NCBI GenBank assembly: GCA_947594835.1
Contig: CANQEH010000013.1
Span: forward strand, 8,838 to 72,837
Direction: 5' to 3'
Length of the DNA stretch: 64,000 nt
From: an uncultured Acetatifactor sp.
GTDB lineage: Bacteria > Bacillota > Clostridia > Lachnospirales > Lachnospiraceae
Shown here: piece after piece, positions 7,303 through 16,871 of the stretch
Layout of the letters: every line of letters begins with the position of its first letter
Position numbering within the stretch: the stretch's first letter is position 1
Translations under genes and position numbers: made by a program
Notes under the pieces: generated by a model
Databases searched by the model: none
What the model saw: the letters and a program-made list of their open reading frames with translations, nothing else
Told to the model about the DNA's origin: nothing

Positions 7303-8279
7303 TCACTCTTCTAATACCACCGGGCAGCCATCATAAAGCTCATTATCACTATATGCAATGACTCTTTCCGTTGCCGGGAGATTACCCTCTGCTGCTGCAA
7401 GACTATCATTTCTATCCAACAAAGTTACATCTCTCTTTGCAGCTACATAAGTATTTCCCAGGATTCCCTGCCGCTCTTCCAATACATATACAAAGCATTC
7501 CCATTTTCCATGTGCAGTGCATCAGCGGGCAGACAGGCTTGATATGACTTCCCACCCCATTCCAAAGAAAATGTAACTTCAGGCACATATTGTTCTATTG
7601 TCTCAATTTCAACAATACACCTGCATTTTGAATCTCTCTGAGTGCACTCCGTCAACTTTCCCTGCAGAACCATACTCCCCACAGTTACATTCACATCCGT
7701 GCCGAGTAATTTATCCACATTGTCATAATATCCGGAAAACTCACCTATAACCGATATCTCCCCCATTCCAATGGTTACAGCCTCCTCCCCAACACTGACA
7801 ACCCAGCCATCTGCTTTGGCAAAAACACTTCCCTCCTGTTCATGTAACTGTTTCAGCAAATCTATATCTTTTTGCAAAATACTGATGCGGGAGCGCAATA
7901 TTTCTCCGTATTTTTCATTTGCAACCTGAGACAAAAGAAAATAATACTCCAACAGTTTTAGTTCCTTTTCTGCCAGTTCTTCTTCCAGTGAAGCTGCGTT
8001 ATATTGATATAACGCATCTGTGCTTTTTACCCGGTCTCCCTCTTCCACAAGATAAGAATCTATGGATAGCCCCTCCACACAACCAATCTGGGCTGTTTCT
8101 TCAAAGCTGATCTGACCTGTTCCGATAATTTCATGTGTAATATAATCTTTATGGGGATATACAAAACTGACCACAGGTGTATTATGCTCTCTCTGATACC
8201 AAATGTGGATTGTCAGGACAGTCATTACTCCCCAAAACAACATCCCAGCTAATATATAAATCTTTTCCCTTTTTTTCAT
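7303..8279 (-). pseudogene. HlyD-family efflux adaptor (membrane fusion protein), frameshifted near 7482-7490
   Basis: Track ORF 7443..8279 has an N-terminal TM helix, a lipoyl-like segment VEEGDRVKSTDALYQY and a coiled coil. The conserved C-terminal end VYVLEERQGILGNTYVAAKRDVTLLDRNDSLAAAEGNLPATERVIAYSDNELYDGCPVVLEE continues in another frame down to the stop at 7303-7305. Confidence 0.7.
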
Positions 8280-8293
8280 AGCATCCCCTTATC

Positions 8294-9139
8294 CTATCCC
8301 TTTAAACCCGTATTTGCTATGCCTTCTTCCATCAAGTCATGCCCAAGCACAAAAATCAGAAGTGTTGGTATCAAAATAATAACGGACGCCGCTAAAGCGA
8401 TTCCTGCATTTTCTTTTGTAATATTGGGTAAATAAAGAGACACCGGCCATTTTGAGCGTTGCTGCAAAAAAGTCATAGGGGCTTCGATGGCATTCCAATA
8501 CTCAATAAAACTTAAAATAACAGCAGCTCCAATTCCCTGCTTTCCCAAAGGCAATCCTACCTGAAAGAATATACAGGCTTCTGCTGCACCATCCAATCTG
8601 GCGGCTTCCAACAGTTCATCCGGCACAGCTTTCAAAAAACGTGTCATGATAAAAACCGGAAAAGCCGCAAATACGCCAGGTAATATGATGGAAAAATGCG
8701 TATCTACCATATTCAGATGATAAAGTGTTAAATATTCCGGAACCATCAATACCTGAAAAGGTATCAGCATGAGGATGATATATAGTCCAAACAGATAGTC
8801 GATCCATTTCACTTTCCATTTGGCAAAAGCCCATGCAGCAGGAACCCCGATTACGATTTGTCCCACTACAATACAGATCACCTGCCCCACAGAATTCCAG
8901 AACATAACAAAAAATTCAAAAGTGCGTAAAAGCAATTCTTTAAAATTGCCTGCGCTAAAATAATATGGCAGGATTGGAACACTGGCATACCCTGTACTCC
9001 CCTGCAAAACTCCTCCAAAACTAATCCTGATCTCTTCGCCTTTCATAAAAGAACACACAACGACTATAAAGATTGGTTCTAACATGAACCATACAAGCAA
9101 CAATGTTCCCACAAAGGCCAGTCCATTTTTTCTTCTCAT
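8294..9139 (-). CDS. carbohydrate ABC transporter permease (MalG-like)
   Basis: Trimmed to ATG 9139 (MRRKNGLAFVGTLLLVWF...). Contains the EAA-type loop LEAARLDGA. Confidence 0.85.
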   Translation of the reverse strand: MRRKNGLAFVGTLLLVWFMLEPIFIVVVCSFMKGEEIRISFGGVLQGSTGYASVPILPYYFSAGNFKELLLRTFEFFVMFWNSVGQVICIVVGQIVIGVPAAWAFAKWKVKWIDYLFGLYIILMLIPFQVLMVPEYLTLYHLNMVDTHFSIILPGVFAAFPVFIMTRFLKAVPDELLEAARLDGAAEACIFFQVGLPLGKQGIGAAVILSFIEYWNAIEAPMTFLQQRSKWPVSLYLPNITKENAGIALAASVIILIPTLLIFVLGHDLMEEGIANTGLKG

Positions 9140-9153
9140 ACAATCATCTTTCC

Positions 9154-10032
9154 TTATGAATAAACACCTTTGTCCAACGCTTTTTGAAATAAAAGGGCTG
9201 ACAAACTGACGACAATCATGACTAATACAGCCGCCGCACATAAATGTTCCAATTTGAGGTCTGCCAGCCAATGATTAAATAAATGCTGAATCAAATAAAT
9301 GCTCTGGTCAGGATATTCTCCTGCAATCAGATACACCTCCCGGAAAGCTTTAAAAGCATTGAGCAGCGACAGAATAACAATCACGCTGCCATATGGTAAT
9401 ATACACGGCCATGTAATATAACGAAACTGCATGAATCTGTCTGCACCATCCATGTCAGCTGCCTCATAAATGCATCGGTCTATGCTATTGAATGCGGCCG
9501 CCCACAATATGACATCATATCCAATATTTCTCCATACATAAGTTATCACCAACACTCCAAATGCCCACTTACTGTTGAGGAAGTCAACGCCCCCGGCAAA
9601 ACCGCCTGTTAATTTATCCAAAAGCCCATATCTGCTAAACATAAGTTTCCATACCAAAACAATGCTTGCTACTGGAATCGCCATAGGTATTAACATAACT
9701 GTTTTTCTGATATCATCCTTCTTCTTACTGACGAAATATGCTGCCAAAAGCGAAAAAAAGAGCAAGACAGGAATGCAGGTTCCCAAAAATAAAATCGTAT
9801 TTTTCACTGCCAGTTGAAAAGACGGATTACCAATAACGCTGATATAATTTTGGAATCCTGCAAATGCTTTTGTAGTGTTATTTGCAAATGACCGCTTGAA
9901 CATCTCTGCCATAGGAATGACATGAAAAACAGCCACTCCAACGATACTCGGCAAAAGCATCCAAAACCCCCATGTATTATTCCTGAAGATATAAGTCCAC
10001 TTCGTTTGCGATTTCCTGTACGGCAGTTTCAA
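9154..10032 (-). CDS. sugar ABC transporter permease (MalF-like)
   Basis: Six-TM pattern and the EAA loop YEAADMDGADRFMQFRYIT. Confidence 0.85.
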   Translation of the reverse strand: MKLPYRKSQTKWTYIFRNNTWGFWMLLPSIVGVAVFHVIPMAEMFKRSFANNTTKAFAGFQNYISVIGNPSFQLAVKNTILFLGTCIPVLLFFSLLAAYFVSKKKDDIRKTVMLIPMAIPVASIVLVWKLMFSRYGLLDKLTGGFAGGVDFLNSKWAFGVLVITYVWRNIGYDVILWAAAFNSIDRCIYEAADMDGADRFMQFRYITWPCILPYGSVIVILSLLNAFKAFREVYLIAGEYPDQSIYLIQHLFNHWLADLKLEHLCAAAVLVMIVVSLSALLFQKALDKGVYS

Positions 10033-11782
10033 GCGTAACCTCTCCTTTCAAATATGCGGCCGCAGACACTTCCAATCGTTGTCTGACAACCTGATCACAT
10101 ACGACTGGAGTTTTCAACGACAAAATTTCTTCATACAGTCTGTTTCTGGATGCCGCATCCGGCCATTTATAATTTATCTGTATTCCGGTATCAGGATCAC
10201 CGGTAGCGCCGCCTCTGTCACTGTCAGTGTCTCTCCATTTCTCAAGAGCTGACAGGCTTACCGGAAATCCTCCATGCCGGTATTCCGTCTCCTGAACTTC
10301 ATAGGAAAGCGCTGTCTTTACAAATTCTATCGCCAGTTCTTTTTGCCCGCTTGCTTTATACACTCCCAAAAGACCATACGGTTCAAATAAATTCTGATAG
10401 ACCGCATAATTTCCTTTCAGTTTAGCAAATGCAATCATTTCTGTAGCTTCGTCGTCAATCATTCCCTTCATTGTGCAGACCGCCAGAGACACCTGCCCGT
10501 ATGCTAACCTTCTGGGTGAATGCGAAGAATCAAAATCCGTGATCTCAACCGCATTTACGGAATCCGATATTTTCTTCATATCCTCCAAAAACATCCTAAG
10601 GCTGTCCTGATCAATGTGGTTTTCATTCACTATGCTGTTGATATAAAAAGGCAAAAAGCTTTCAATCACTGTTTCGTATGATTCTGAACCTTCCACAAAA
10701 TAGGGTGGTTCTGCCTGATTGGCATAATCAGCCAGGCTGCTTAAACTGCTGCTCCTGTTCATAACATCTTGTGTCCCAATGATAATAGGCAAACCGACTC
10801 TGGCTGGAACCGCATATATTTCTCCGCCACTCTCATAAGCAGTCTGTATATTAGGAATCACATCTGTTTCAGAAAGCATCCCGGATAAATCTTCTAAAAT
10901 TCCCCTATCCACATAGGAATCCATCGGCAGACCATCCAAAACAAAAATGTCAGGGCCATTTCCTGCTGCAATACGCGCATTCAAAGTGCGCACCAGATCG
11001 CTTTCCGTCACCGCGCCCTCTGCGCTTTCTGCCGCCTCATAGACAATATCTATATCCGGATGTTTTAATCCAAACTCGCTGACCGCTGTTCTGATCAGCT
11101 CATTATCATATAACCCATAAATTGTCAGCTGATGCCCATCCGTGCTGACGAGTGATGAGTTATCCTTTCCGTCACCCTGCTGATATTGTACAAGCCTTCC
11201 ACTCGTCTGATCCCGGTTCGTAAATAAAATATATATCGTTCCATCCTTTTCCTCAAACCACAGCGGAAAATATGCAGCATTTGAGAGCATTGTCTGCTCC
11301 GCAGCAACTACGGTCACACACTTTTCACTCTCCCTGTCTATTTCTATAATTCCCAAATCTCCAACCAAAAAGATACGATTCTCCACATTCATAAAAATCT
11401 GAGGCACATTCTGGTATTGTTTTGTCAGCAGTATTTCTTTTTCGATATTCTTTTGTTCCACATTATACAGGTAAACCCCCGTATTTCCATCATTATACCG
11501 TGCAGCATACTTACCATATCCTGAAAGAGCATATGCTTCTCCACCGTTAAAACTGTCTGTCAGCTCTCCATTTCTATGAATCTGGCAAGTTCCGTCACTT
11601 AGCATAGCTGCGACTGTATCCTTAGACAATACAGCTATTTTATTCACCACAGGATAATGATCCTCGTTTTCTGCTTTATGCCAGCCTTGCATATCTATTT
11701 CCCACTTTGCAACTTCCGATAACCATAACCCTGCGCGATACTTGACAGATACTGCTTCATATTGGTTATCTGCGCCTTTCAC
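9977..11782 (-). CDS. extracellular solute-binding-protein-like protein with an extra N-terminal domain; no recognisable signal peptide, GTG start, possibly defective
   Basis: The C-terminal ~380 aa look like family-1 sugar SBPs (GPDIFVLDGLP...). The first ~210 aa are an unrelated beta-rich region. A strong SD + ATG at 11823 opens a 14-codon ORF in another frame whose TGA overlaps the GTG. Confidence 0.6.
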   Translation of the reverse strand: MKGADNQYEAVSVKYRAGLWLSEVAKWEIDMQGWHKAENEDHYPVVNKIAVLSKDTVAAMLSDGTCQIHRNGELTDSFNGGEAYALSGYGKYAARYNDGNTGVYLYNVEQKNIEKEILLTKQYQNVPQIFMNVENRIFLVGDLGIIEIDRESEKCVTVVAAEQTMLSNAAYFPLWFEEKDGTIYILFTNRDQTSGRLVQYQQGDGKDNSSLVSTDGHQLTIYGLYDNELIRTAVSEFGLKHPDIDIVYEAAESAEGAVTESDLVRTLNARIAAGNGPDIFVLDGLPMDSYVDRGILEDLSGMLSETDVIPNIQTAYESGGEIYAVPARVGLPIIIGTQDVMNRSSSLSSLADYANQAEPPYFVEGSESYETVIESFLPFYINSIVNENHIDQDSLRMFLEDMKKISDSVNAVEITDFDSSHSPRRLAYGQVSLAVCTMKGMIDDEATEMIAFAKLKGNYAVYQNLFEPYGLLGVYKASGQKELAIEFVKTALSYEVQETEYRHGGFPVSLSALEKWRDTDSDRGGATGDPDTGIQINYKWPDAASRNRLYEEILSLKTPVVCDQVVRQRLEVSAAAYLKGEVTLETAVQEIANEVDLYLQE

Positions 11783-11851
11783 CGCTCTCGGATACTTGGA
11801 ACTTTCCTAACCTTTTCCTCCATTTTCGGGCCTCCTTTCAAGATGATTTTC

Positions 11852-13465
11852 CTACTTTCCTTTTGCTATTTTACGAGGATACCATTTTTGAAACCATGCG
11901 GTAAATATCCCCATGATTGCTGGAAGAATTAAATTTATCATTCCAACATAACTTCCTGCGTCGGTGCCCATCATAAAATATGTCCAAATCGATGTTACTA
12001 AGTAGAGAATACCCCATGCAGCAGTCAAGATACGGTTGGTAGTAATAAACATAGGGTTTTTCAAGGCTTTTTCTCCGCCATAATCATTCATAGAATATTC
12101 TGCGGAGAGAGGTATTTTGAAACAGGCAGATATGCTCCACATCATACCAAATGCTAAATAAGACAATGGCATTATAGTAACAGCCGACAAGTTGATAAGC
12201 AGCAACATTGAAAATATGCTTACCAATGCGCCGGAAATTACATCATAAACTGTTTTTTTGTTTTTATAAAACAGCAAAGGTAATAAGCAGCAAACAAAAA
12301 TGCTGATCATACTTCCCCAAAAAATATGTATATTGGCAGCTATCCAAAATACAATCCAGGGGATCAAAACATAACGCATATCTGTTTTTCCTTTTGGTGT
12401 TGACTGATCTTTTGTTCTATCTGCGTTTTGGTGTCGTCCAAAATATTCGTCCCATTTCAGCATTAAGTCAAAATCGCCTTCGACAGAATATAAATGTTTC
12501 ATTAAAGCGTCAGAGCCTTCTATTTCTCCGGCAGCAATCGACTGCCATACAGAAAAAGGCGTATGAATTACCGTTGCTGGTTTTTCGTTAAATTTTTCAA
12601 CAACACGGCTTTCCGTTTTCCCCAGGATAATACGATAGTGCTTTCCGATGTCTGTATAATCCATATCAAAGATTATGTCTGTTCCGCGATACGCTGCCGG
12701 ATTATAAAGTGCAGCCATCTGCTTGGTAAAGGTTAATGAAAAATCTTCCTTTTCGCCTGTCTGTGTGATCCCCCAGCTTGCGTCTGCCATGTGTTCGAAA
12801 ACATCTCTCGGAAATAACAGTTCCTGTAGTTTTGCATTTGTTTCTGCTTTTATACCGCCGGAAACATACTCGTGCCCTGCCTGTCGAACAACCGCCAAAT
12901 ATTCTTCTGTACGGTTTGATAATTCTTGTACGCTGAATAGTGCGCCTTCTCCACAAAATAAGGCAGCATAGTTCCCTTTGCCGTAAATCCTGTCAAATTG
13001 TGCTGTTACGCTATCGTAATTTGATTTTGCCGTATAAAATCCGCAAGTAGAGATTAAAACGTTTTTCTTTCCACTCATATCATATCTTGCAGGGTGACCG
13101 CCGCTTTCTGCATTAGAGAGCATGAAAGGCAGAGTGAGAGGAAGCTGTCGATCTATTACTGTTTTGAGCTTGCCTGGCAAACTGAAATAATATAATGGGA
13201 AACTCCAAATTGTGAGATCAGCCCATAATAACTTTTCAAGAACTATTTGCATATCATCGTAAATACAGCATTTTCCGGGAGTGGTTTTCCAACAGGAAAA
13301 ACACCCAAGGCAAGAGTGAATATCCATCTGCGCAATATTAAGCCTTTCCATTTCAGGCAGGCACTCTTTCTGGGCATAGCAAATTCCCTCCAAAAAAGCG
13401 TTAGCAAGCCGAAGCGTATTGCTGCGTTCACCCTTTGGGCTTCCATTGATTAAAAGGATATTCAT
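11852..13465 (-). CDS. flavodoxin-fold NAD(P)H-dependent oxidoreductase fused to an SCP2-like segment and a C-terminal multi-TM domain
   Basis: Trimmed to the ATG at 13465 (GGAGGA SD). MNILLINGSPKGERSNT plus a CLGCFSCW...PGKC cysteine cluster, then SVEGDFDLMLKWDEYFG, then 4-5 hydrophobic helices. Confidence 0.75.
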   Translation of the reverse strand: MNILLINGSPKGERSNTLRLANAFLEGICYAQKECLPEMERLNIAQMDIHSCLGCFSCWKTTPGKCCIYDDMQIVLEKLLWADLTIWSFPLYYFSLPGKLKTVIDRQLPLTLPFMLSNAESGGHPARYDMSGKKNVLISTCGFYTAKSNYDSVTAQFDRIYGKGNYAALFCGEGALFSVQELSNRTEEYLAVVRQAGHEYVSGGIKAETNAKLQELLFPRDVFEHMADASWGITQTGEKEDFSLTFTKQMAALYNPAAYRGTDIIFDMDYTDIGKHYRIILGKTESRVVEKFNEKPATVIHTPFSVWQSIAAGEIEGSDALMKHLYSVEGDFDLMLKWDEYFGRHQNADRTKDQSTPKGKTDMRYVLIPWIVFWIAANIHIFWGSMISIFVCCLLPLLFYKNKKTVYDVISGALVSIFSMLLLINLSAVTIMPLSYLAFGMMWSISACFKIPLSAEYSMNDYGGEKALKNPMFITTNRILTAAWGILYLVTSIWTYFMMGTDAGSYVGMINLILPAIMGIFTAWFQKWYPRKIAKGK

Positions 13466-13467
13466 TT

Positions 13468-14013
13468 TCATTCCTCCATATTTTCCAAAAGGTGCATACA
13501 GTGTTCGATCCATTCCAGATACATTTGTGTATATCTCTTTCCAAAGTCAGCTGTCATTTGCCAAAATACCGCACTTTTTTTGTCGGGTATCATTTCCTGA
13601 TACGATGTAATAGAAGCGTCTGTCTGTTGGAGAGCCTTTGAGCCAATGCGGTATTTATCGTTAAGTTGTTTGAAAAAATCCAAGCTGCTTGAAATGGGCA
13701 ATTCACCCATAAAAAAAATTTTCATTAAAGTTGGAGAACGCATATCAATATTTACATCCGGGCTCCTTAACCAACGCAGCAACTCTTCTCGTCCTTCTTC
13801 TGTAATGGAACAGATATTTTTATTTGGTTTGCCCGATTGTTCAACAGTATGTTTTACAATCCATTTATTTTTTTCTAAGACAATAAGTTCACGATAAATC
13901 TGGCTGGTTTGCGCAGGCCAAAAGAATTTAAGTGAACTTTCAAAGGCTTCTCGAATTTCGTAGCCAGTCATATCCCCATAGTTTAGTAATCCCAATATTC
14001 CATGTTTAAGCAT
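13468..14013 (-). CDS. PadR family transcriptional regulator
   Basis: MLKHGILGLLNYGDMTGYEIREAF...QIYRELIVLEKNKWI is a typical PadR winged helix. Trimmed to ATG 14013 behind AAGGAG. Confidence 0.9.
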   Translation of the reverse strand: MLKHGILGLLNYGDMTGYEIREAFESSLKFFWPAQTSQIYRELIVLEKNKWIVKHTVEQSGKPNKNICSITEEGREELLRWLRSPDVNIDMRSPTLMKIFFMGELPISSSLDFFKQLNDKYRIGSKALQQTDASITSYQEMIPDKKSAVFWQMTADFGKRYTQMYLEWIEHCMHLLENMEE

Positions 14014-14041
14014 AACGAGGCTTTCTCCTTTCACAGATTAT

Positions 14042-14088
14042 ATATTCAACAAGTGGAATATAAATATTCTATTCCACTTGTTGAATAT
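14042..14088. promoter_or_regulatory. 19-bp perfect inverted repeat (ATATTCAACAAGTGGAATA-N9-TATTCCACTTGTTGAATAT), probable PadR operator
   Basis: Arms 14042-14060 and 14070-14088 are exact reverse complements, immediately upstream of the padR start. Confidence 0.6.
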
Positions 14089-14207
14089 TGTCAAGTGTAG
14101 ATGCTGCCTTCTGGCGGAAGTATGTTGCACGATGGCGGCTCTGATGATAAAATAAGGGTATAGATGGAGGCGTTACTCCGTCAGTTTCATACAGGGAGGG
14201 ATGGAGC

Positions 14208-15275
14208 ATGGATCCATCTGGTCAGAGGGAACGCGCAAATGTTCCCGAAAAGAAAAAAACAGCCACCATTGCGGTGCCGAGCGAGATCGCACAGAACATG
14301 AAGGTGGCAGATGAAGACGCCAGTTTTCGGTATGATGAGTCGGCGCGGAATTTTGTGGCGGAGAAACCGGTTCTGGCATATATTTTGAAAAGCGCACTTG
14401 ACGAATATGCGCCATACACAGTGCAGGAAATTGCCGAACAGTTTATCGAGGGGAAGCCAGAGATAAAAAGAGCGGCAGTCCATCCAGATCATCCGAATAA
14501 AAAGAGTGACGCCGAGATCATGAGCGGGGACGCCAGGATAGAAGGGCTCCCCACCGCCGATAAATCCCAAAGGGATGGTACGGTTTATTATGATATCCGC
14601 TTTCTTGCGGTGCTACCGTCAAGCGGCGATCTGGTTGAAATATTTGTCAATGTGGAGATTCAGAATGACGATACCCCTGGTTATCCGATCCCGAAACGCG
14701 GCATTTACTATGCGGCAAGAATGATTTCTTCCCAGCGTGGAACCATATTTAAGGATCAGGAATACGGCAAAATTAAAAAGGTGGTATCGATCTGGATCTG
14801 TGAAGATACGGCTTCCTTCCGATCCGATACCATCAACAGATACTCTTTTACGGAAAAATGTGTAAGAGGGGATTTCCACGAGGAGAAAATGGACTATGAC
14901 CTGATGACAGTAGTGGTGCTGCGGCTGGGGAGCAAGGGCGAGACCAGTGAGGACAACGCCATCCGGCTGCTCAGCAAAATGTTTTCCACAGAACTCAGCT
15001 ATGAAGAAAAAATGGATACACTACAAAATGAATTTCGGATCAGTGTGAACAGGGAAATCAGCGAGGAGGTGCTAAACGTGTGTAATTTAAGTACAGGGGT
15101 TTATAATAAGGGGTATAATTCGGGCCTTTCCGCAGGTGAAATGAAAAAGGCCCGCGAGACAGCATATCGCCTCAGGGACAAGGGCATACCTGTGGAAGAG
15201 ATTGCTGATATGATCGCGGTCGGGCTGGATACGATTCAGAAATGGTTTGCCGAGCGCGAAAAGCAGCTTGTATAA
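14208..15275 (+). CDS. PD-(D/E)XK nuclease family transposase-like protein (Rpn / TIGR01784-like)
   Basis: The core YYDIRF...VEIFVNVEIQNDDTPGYPIPKRGIYYAARMIS matches the D...(E/Q)xQ...YY pattern I recall for this family. The C-terminal helical tail is typical. Confidence 0.7.
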   Translation: MDPSGQRERANVPEKKKTATIAVPSEIAQNMKVADEDASFRYDESARNFVAEKPVLAYILKSALDEYAPYTVQEIAEQFIEGKPEIKRAAVHPDHPNKKSDAEIMSGDARIEGLPTADKSQRDGTVYYDIRFLAVLPSSGDLVEIFVNVEIQNDDTPGYPIPKRGIYYAARMISSQRGTIFKDQEYGKIKKVVSIWICEDTASFRSDTINRYSFTEKCVRGDFHEEKMDYDLMTVVVLRLGSKGETSEDNAIRLLSKMFSTELSYEEKMDTLQNEFRISVNREISEEVLNVCNLSTGVYNKGYNSGLSAGEMKKARETAYRLRDKGIPVEEIADMIAVGLDTIQKWFAEREKQLV

Positions 15276-15318
15276 ATTTTACTGAAAGAATCAGCCGACT
15301 ACTCATACAAAACAAAAG

Positions 15319-15855
15319 TCAAATATCCTCCAAAACAATCCAGTACCGCTCCAGATCAATGTCCTCATCCGGTTCGTGGACGGTACATTCGTACACGCCT
15401 CCGTTGGCCAGGATGGTGCGGCGGCTGGCCGGATTGTCCGGCTCACAGGAGATCAACACCTTGTCCAGGCCAATCTCCCGGCAGAAGGGCAGGGTCAGGC
15501 GGAGCATCTCCTTTGCATACCCCTTCCGGCGCTCACTGGGTCGTGTGGAGTAGCCAATGTGTCCTGCGTATTTTTCCAGGTATTCGTTGAAATAATGCCG
15601 CACCTGAATCATAGCAACCACCTTGCCGTCCGATTCCCGGACAGCGAGAAACTGGGTTGCCTGCACCTTGCCCGCCGGAACCGTCGCCGGATCCATATAG
15701 CTGGTTACATCCGCCAGCCATTCCGCCGGATTTTCAGCCCGCCTCAAGGGGCCGCAGCCGTCCATGCCGCTGTCCGATTCCAGGCATTCCTGGCGGTAAG
15801 CCCATACCTCATCCAGATATTCCTCGGCAGGCGTCACCAATCGGATGGTATCCAT
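15319..15855 (-). CDS. GNAT family N-acetyltransferase
   Basis: ...IGYSTRPSERRKGYAKEML... is acetyl-CoA-binding motif A-like. The start could instead be the upstream ATG at 15900. Confidence 0.8.
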   Translation of the reverse strand: MDTIRLVTPAEEYLDEVWAYRQECLESDSGMDGCGPLRRAENPAEWLADVTSYMDPATVPAGKVQATQFLAVRESDGKVVAMIQVRHYFNEYLEKYAGHIGYSTRPSERRKGYAKEMLRLTLPFCREIGLDKVLISCEPDNPASRRTILANGGVYECTVHEPDEDIDLERYWIVLEDI

Positions 15856-15989
15856 ACAGTTTCCAGTTTCCCCTGTCCTTTGCCCTCTTTCCTTTATCAT
15901 CGCTTCCCAAAACCTCCCAAACGCCGATTCTGCCAGACCGGTGCCTCCCTGTTTTTGCTTCTCATGATATCACCCCCTGTCAGATAGCG

Positions 15990-16763
15990 TCAATGTTCTT
16001 TCTTTGCAAGATATAAATCTATGGTATCATAAATATTGATCGTACCGCCCGCTTCGTTGACGGCCCGCCGCATTTCTGACTCGAAGGCCTCCTTTCGCGC
16101 TGGATGGAGCGCCCTGTGATCCGAGTAGGTATTCAATAAATGAATGTATTCGTCTGTATCCAGTGTCCTCACACGTTTGTATAATCGATACTCCACGTTT
16201 TCAAATCCATGCCGTACCAGCTCCTGCGCCATCACCATGCAGTCCGCTTCCCCAAACTCCTTTTGTTTTTTGCCGGAAGGCCTGAAGTGATTGTACACTT
16301 TTTGACTTGCGGCATTGCCCGGATCATCCCTGCGATTGGGGAAAGGGTGATTCCAAAACAAGGCAATGCTGCCGCCCTTTTTTAAAGCTTTCATGATTTT
16401 AGGATAGGCTTCCTCCTTTGGCAGCCAGTGAAACGCAGTAGCGCAGTATATTAAGTCGCAACTGTTTTCTTCCACGGGACAAGACATAAAATCCATATTG
16501 ATGACCTGAAAATTGCTGTACTCTTTATATTTTCCCGCCACAAATGCACTCAGATTTTCCCCCAGCTCAATCCCGGTTACCTGACAGCCCAACTGAAGAA
16601 ACGGCAAGGTGGCCTGCCCAGTTCCAATGCCGATTTCAACCAATCTGCTGCCCGATTTGATTTGAGAATATGAGATGACATCTTCAAACAGCAGCTGTGG
16701 GTATCCCGGCCGATATTTATCATAATTCGCAGCGTCTTCGTCAAAGCTCACCCGTAACTCCAT
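15990..16763 (-). CDS. class I SAM-dependent methyltransferase
   Basis: Trimmed to ATG 16763 (GGAGGGACGGAGG SD). Motif I LVEIGIGTGQAT. Confidence 0.85.
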   Translation of the reverse strand: MELRVSFDEDAANYDKYRPGYPQLLFEDVISYSQIKSGSRLVEIGIGTGQATLPFLQLGCQVTGIELGENLSAFVAGKYKEYSNFQVINMDFMSCPVEENSCDLIYCATAFHWLPKEEAYPKIMKALKKGGSIALFWNHPFPNRRDDPGNAASQKVYNHFRPSGKKQKEFGEADCMVMAQELVRHGFENVEYRLYKRVRTLDTDEYIHLLNTYSDHRALHPARKEAFESEMRRAVNEAGGTINIYDTIDLYLAKKEH

Positions 16764-16871
16764 CCTCCGTCCCTCCTCTCTCCTGCCGAATGGATCAGAG
16801 AGCCGCACAGAATAAGGTTTTGATGCAGCCGTCCAGGTTTTCCGCCAAAAAACATCGGATACAAGATGCAT

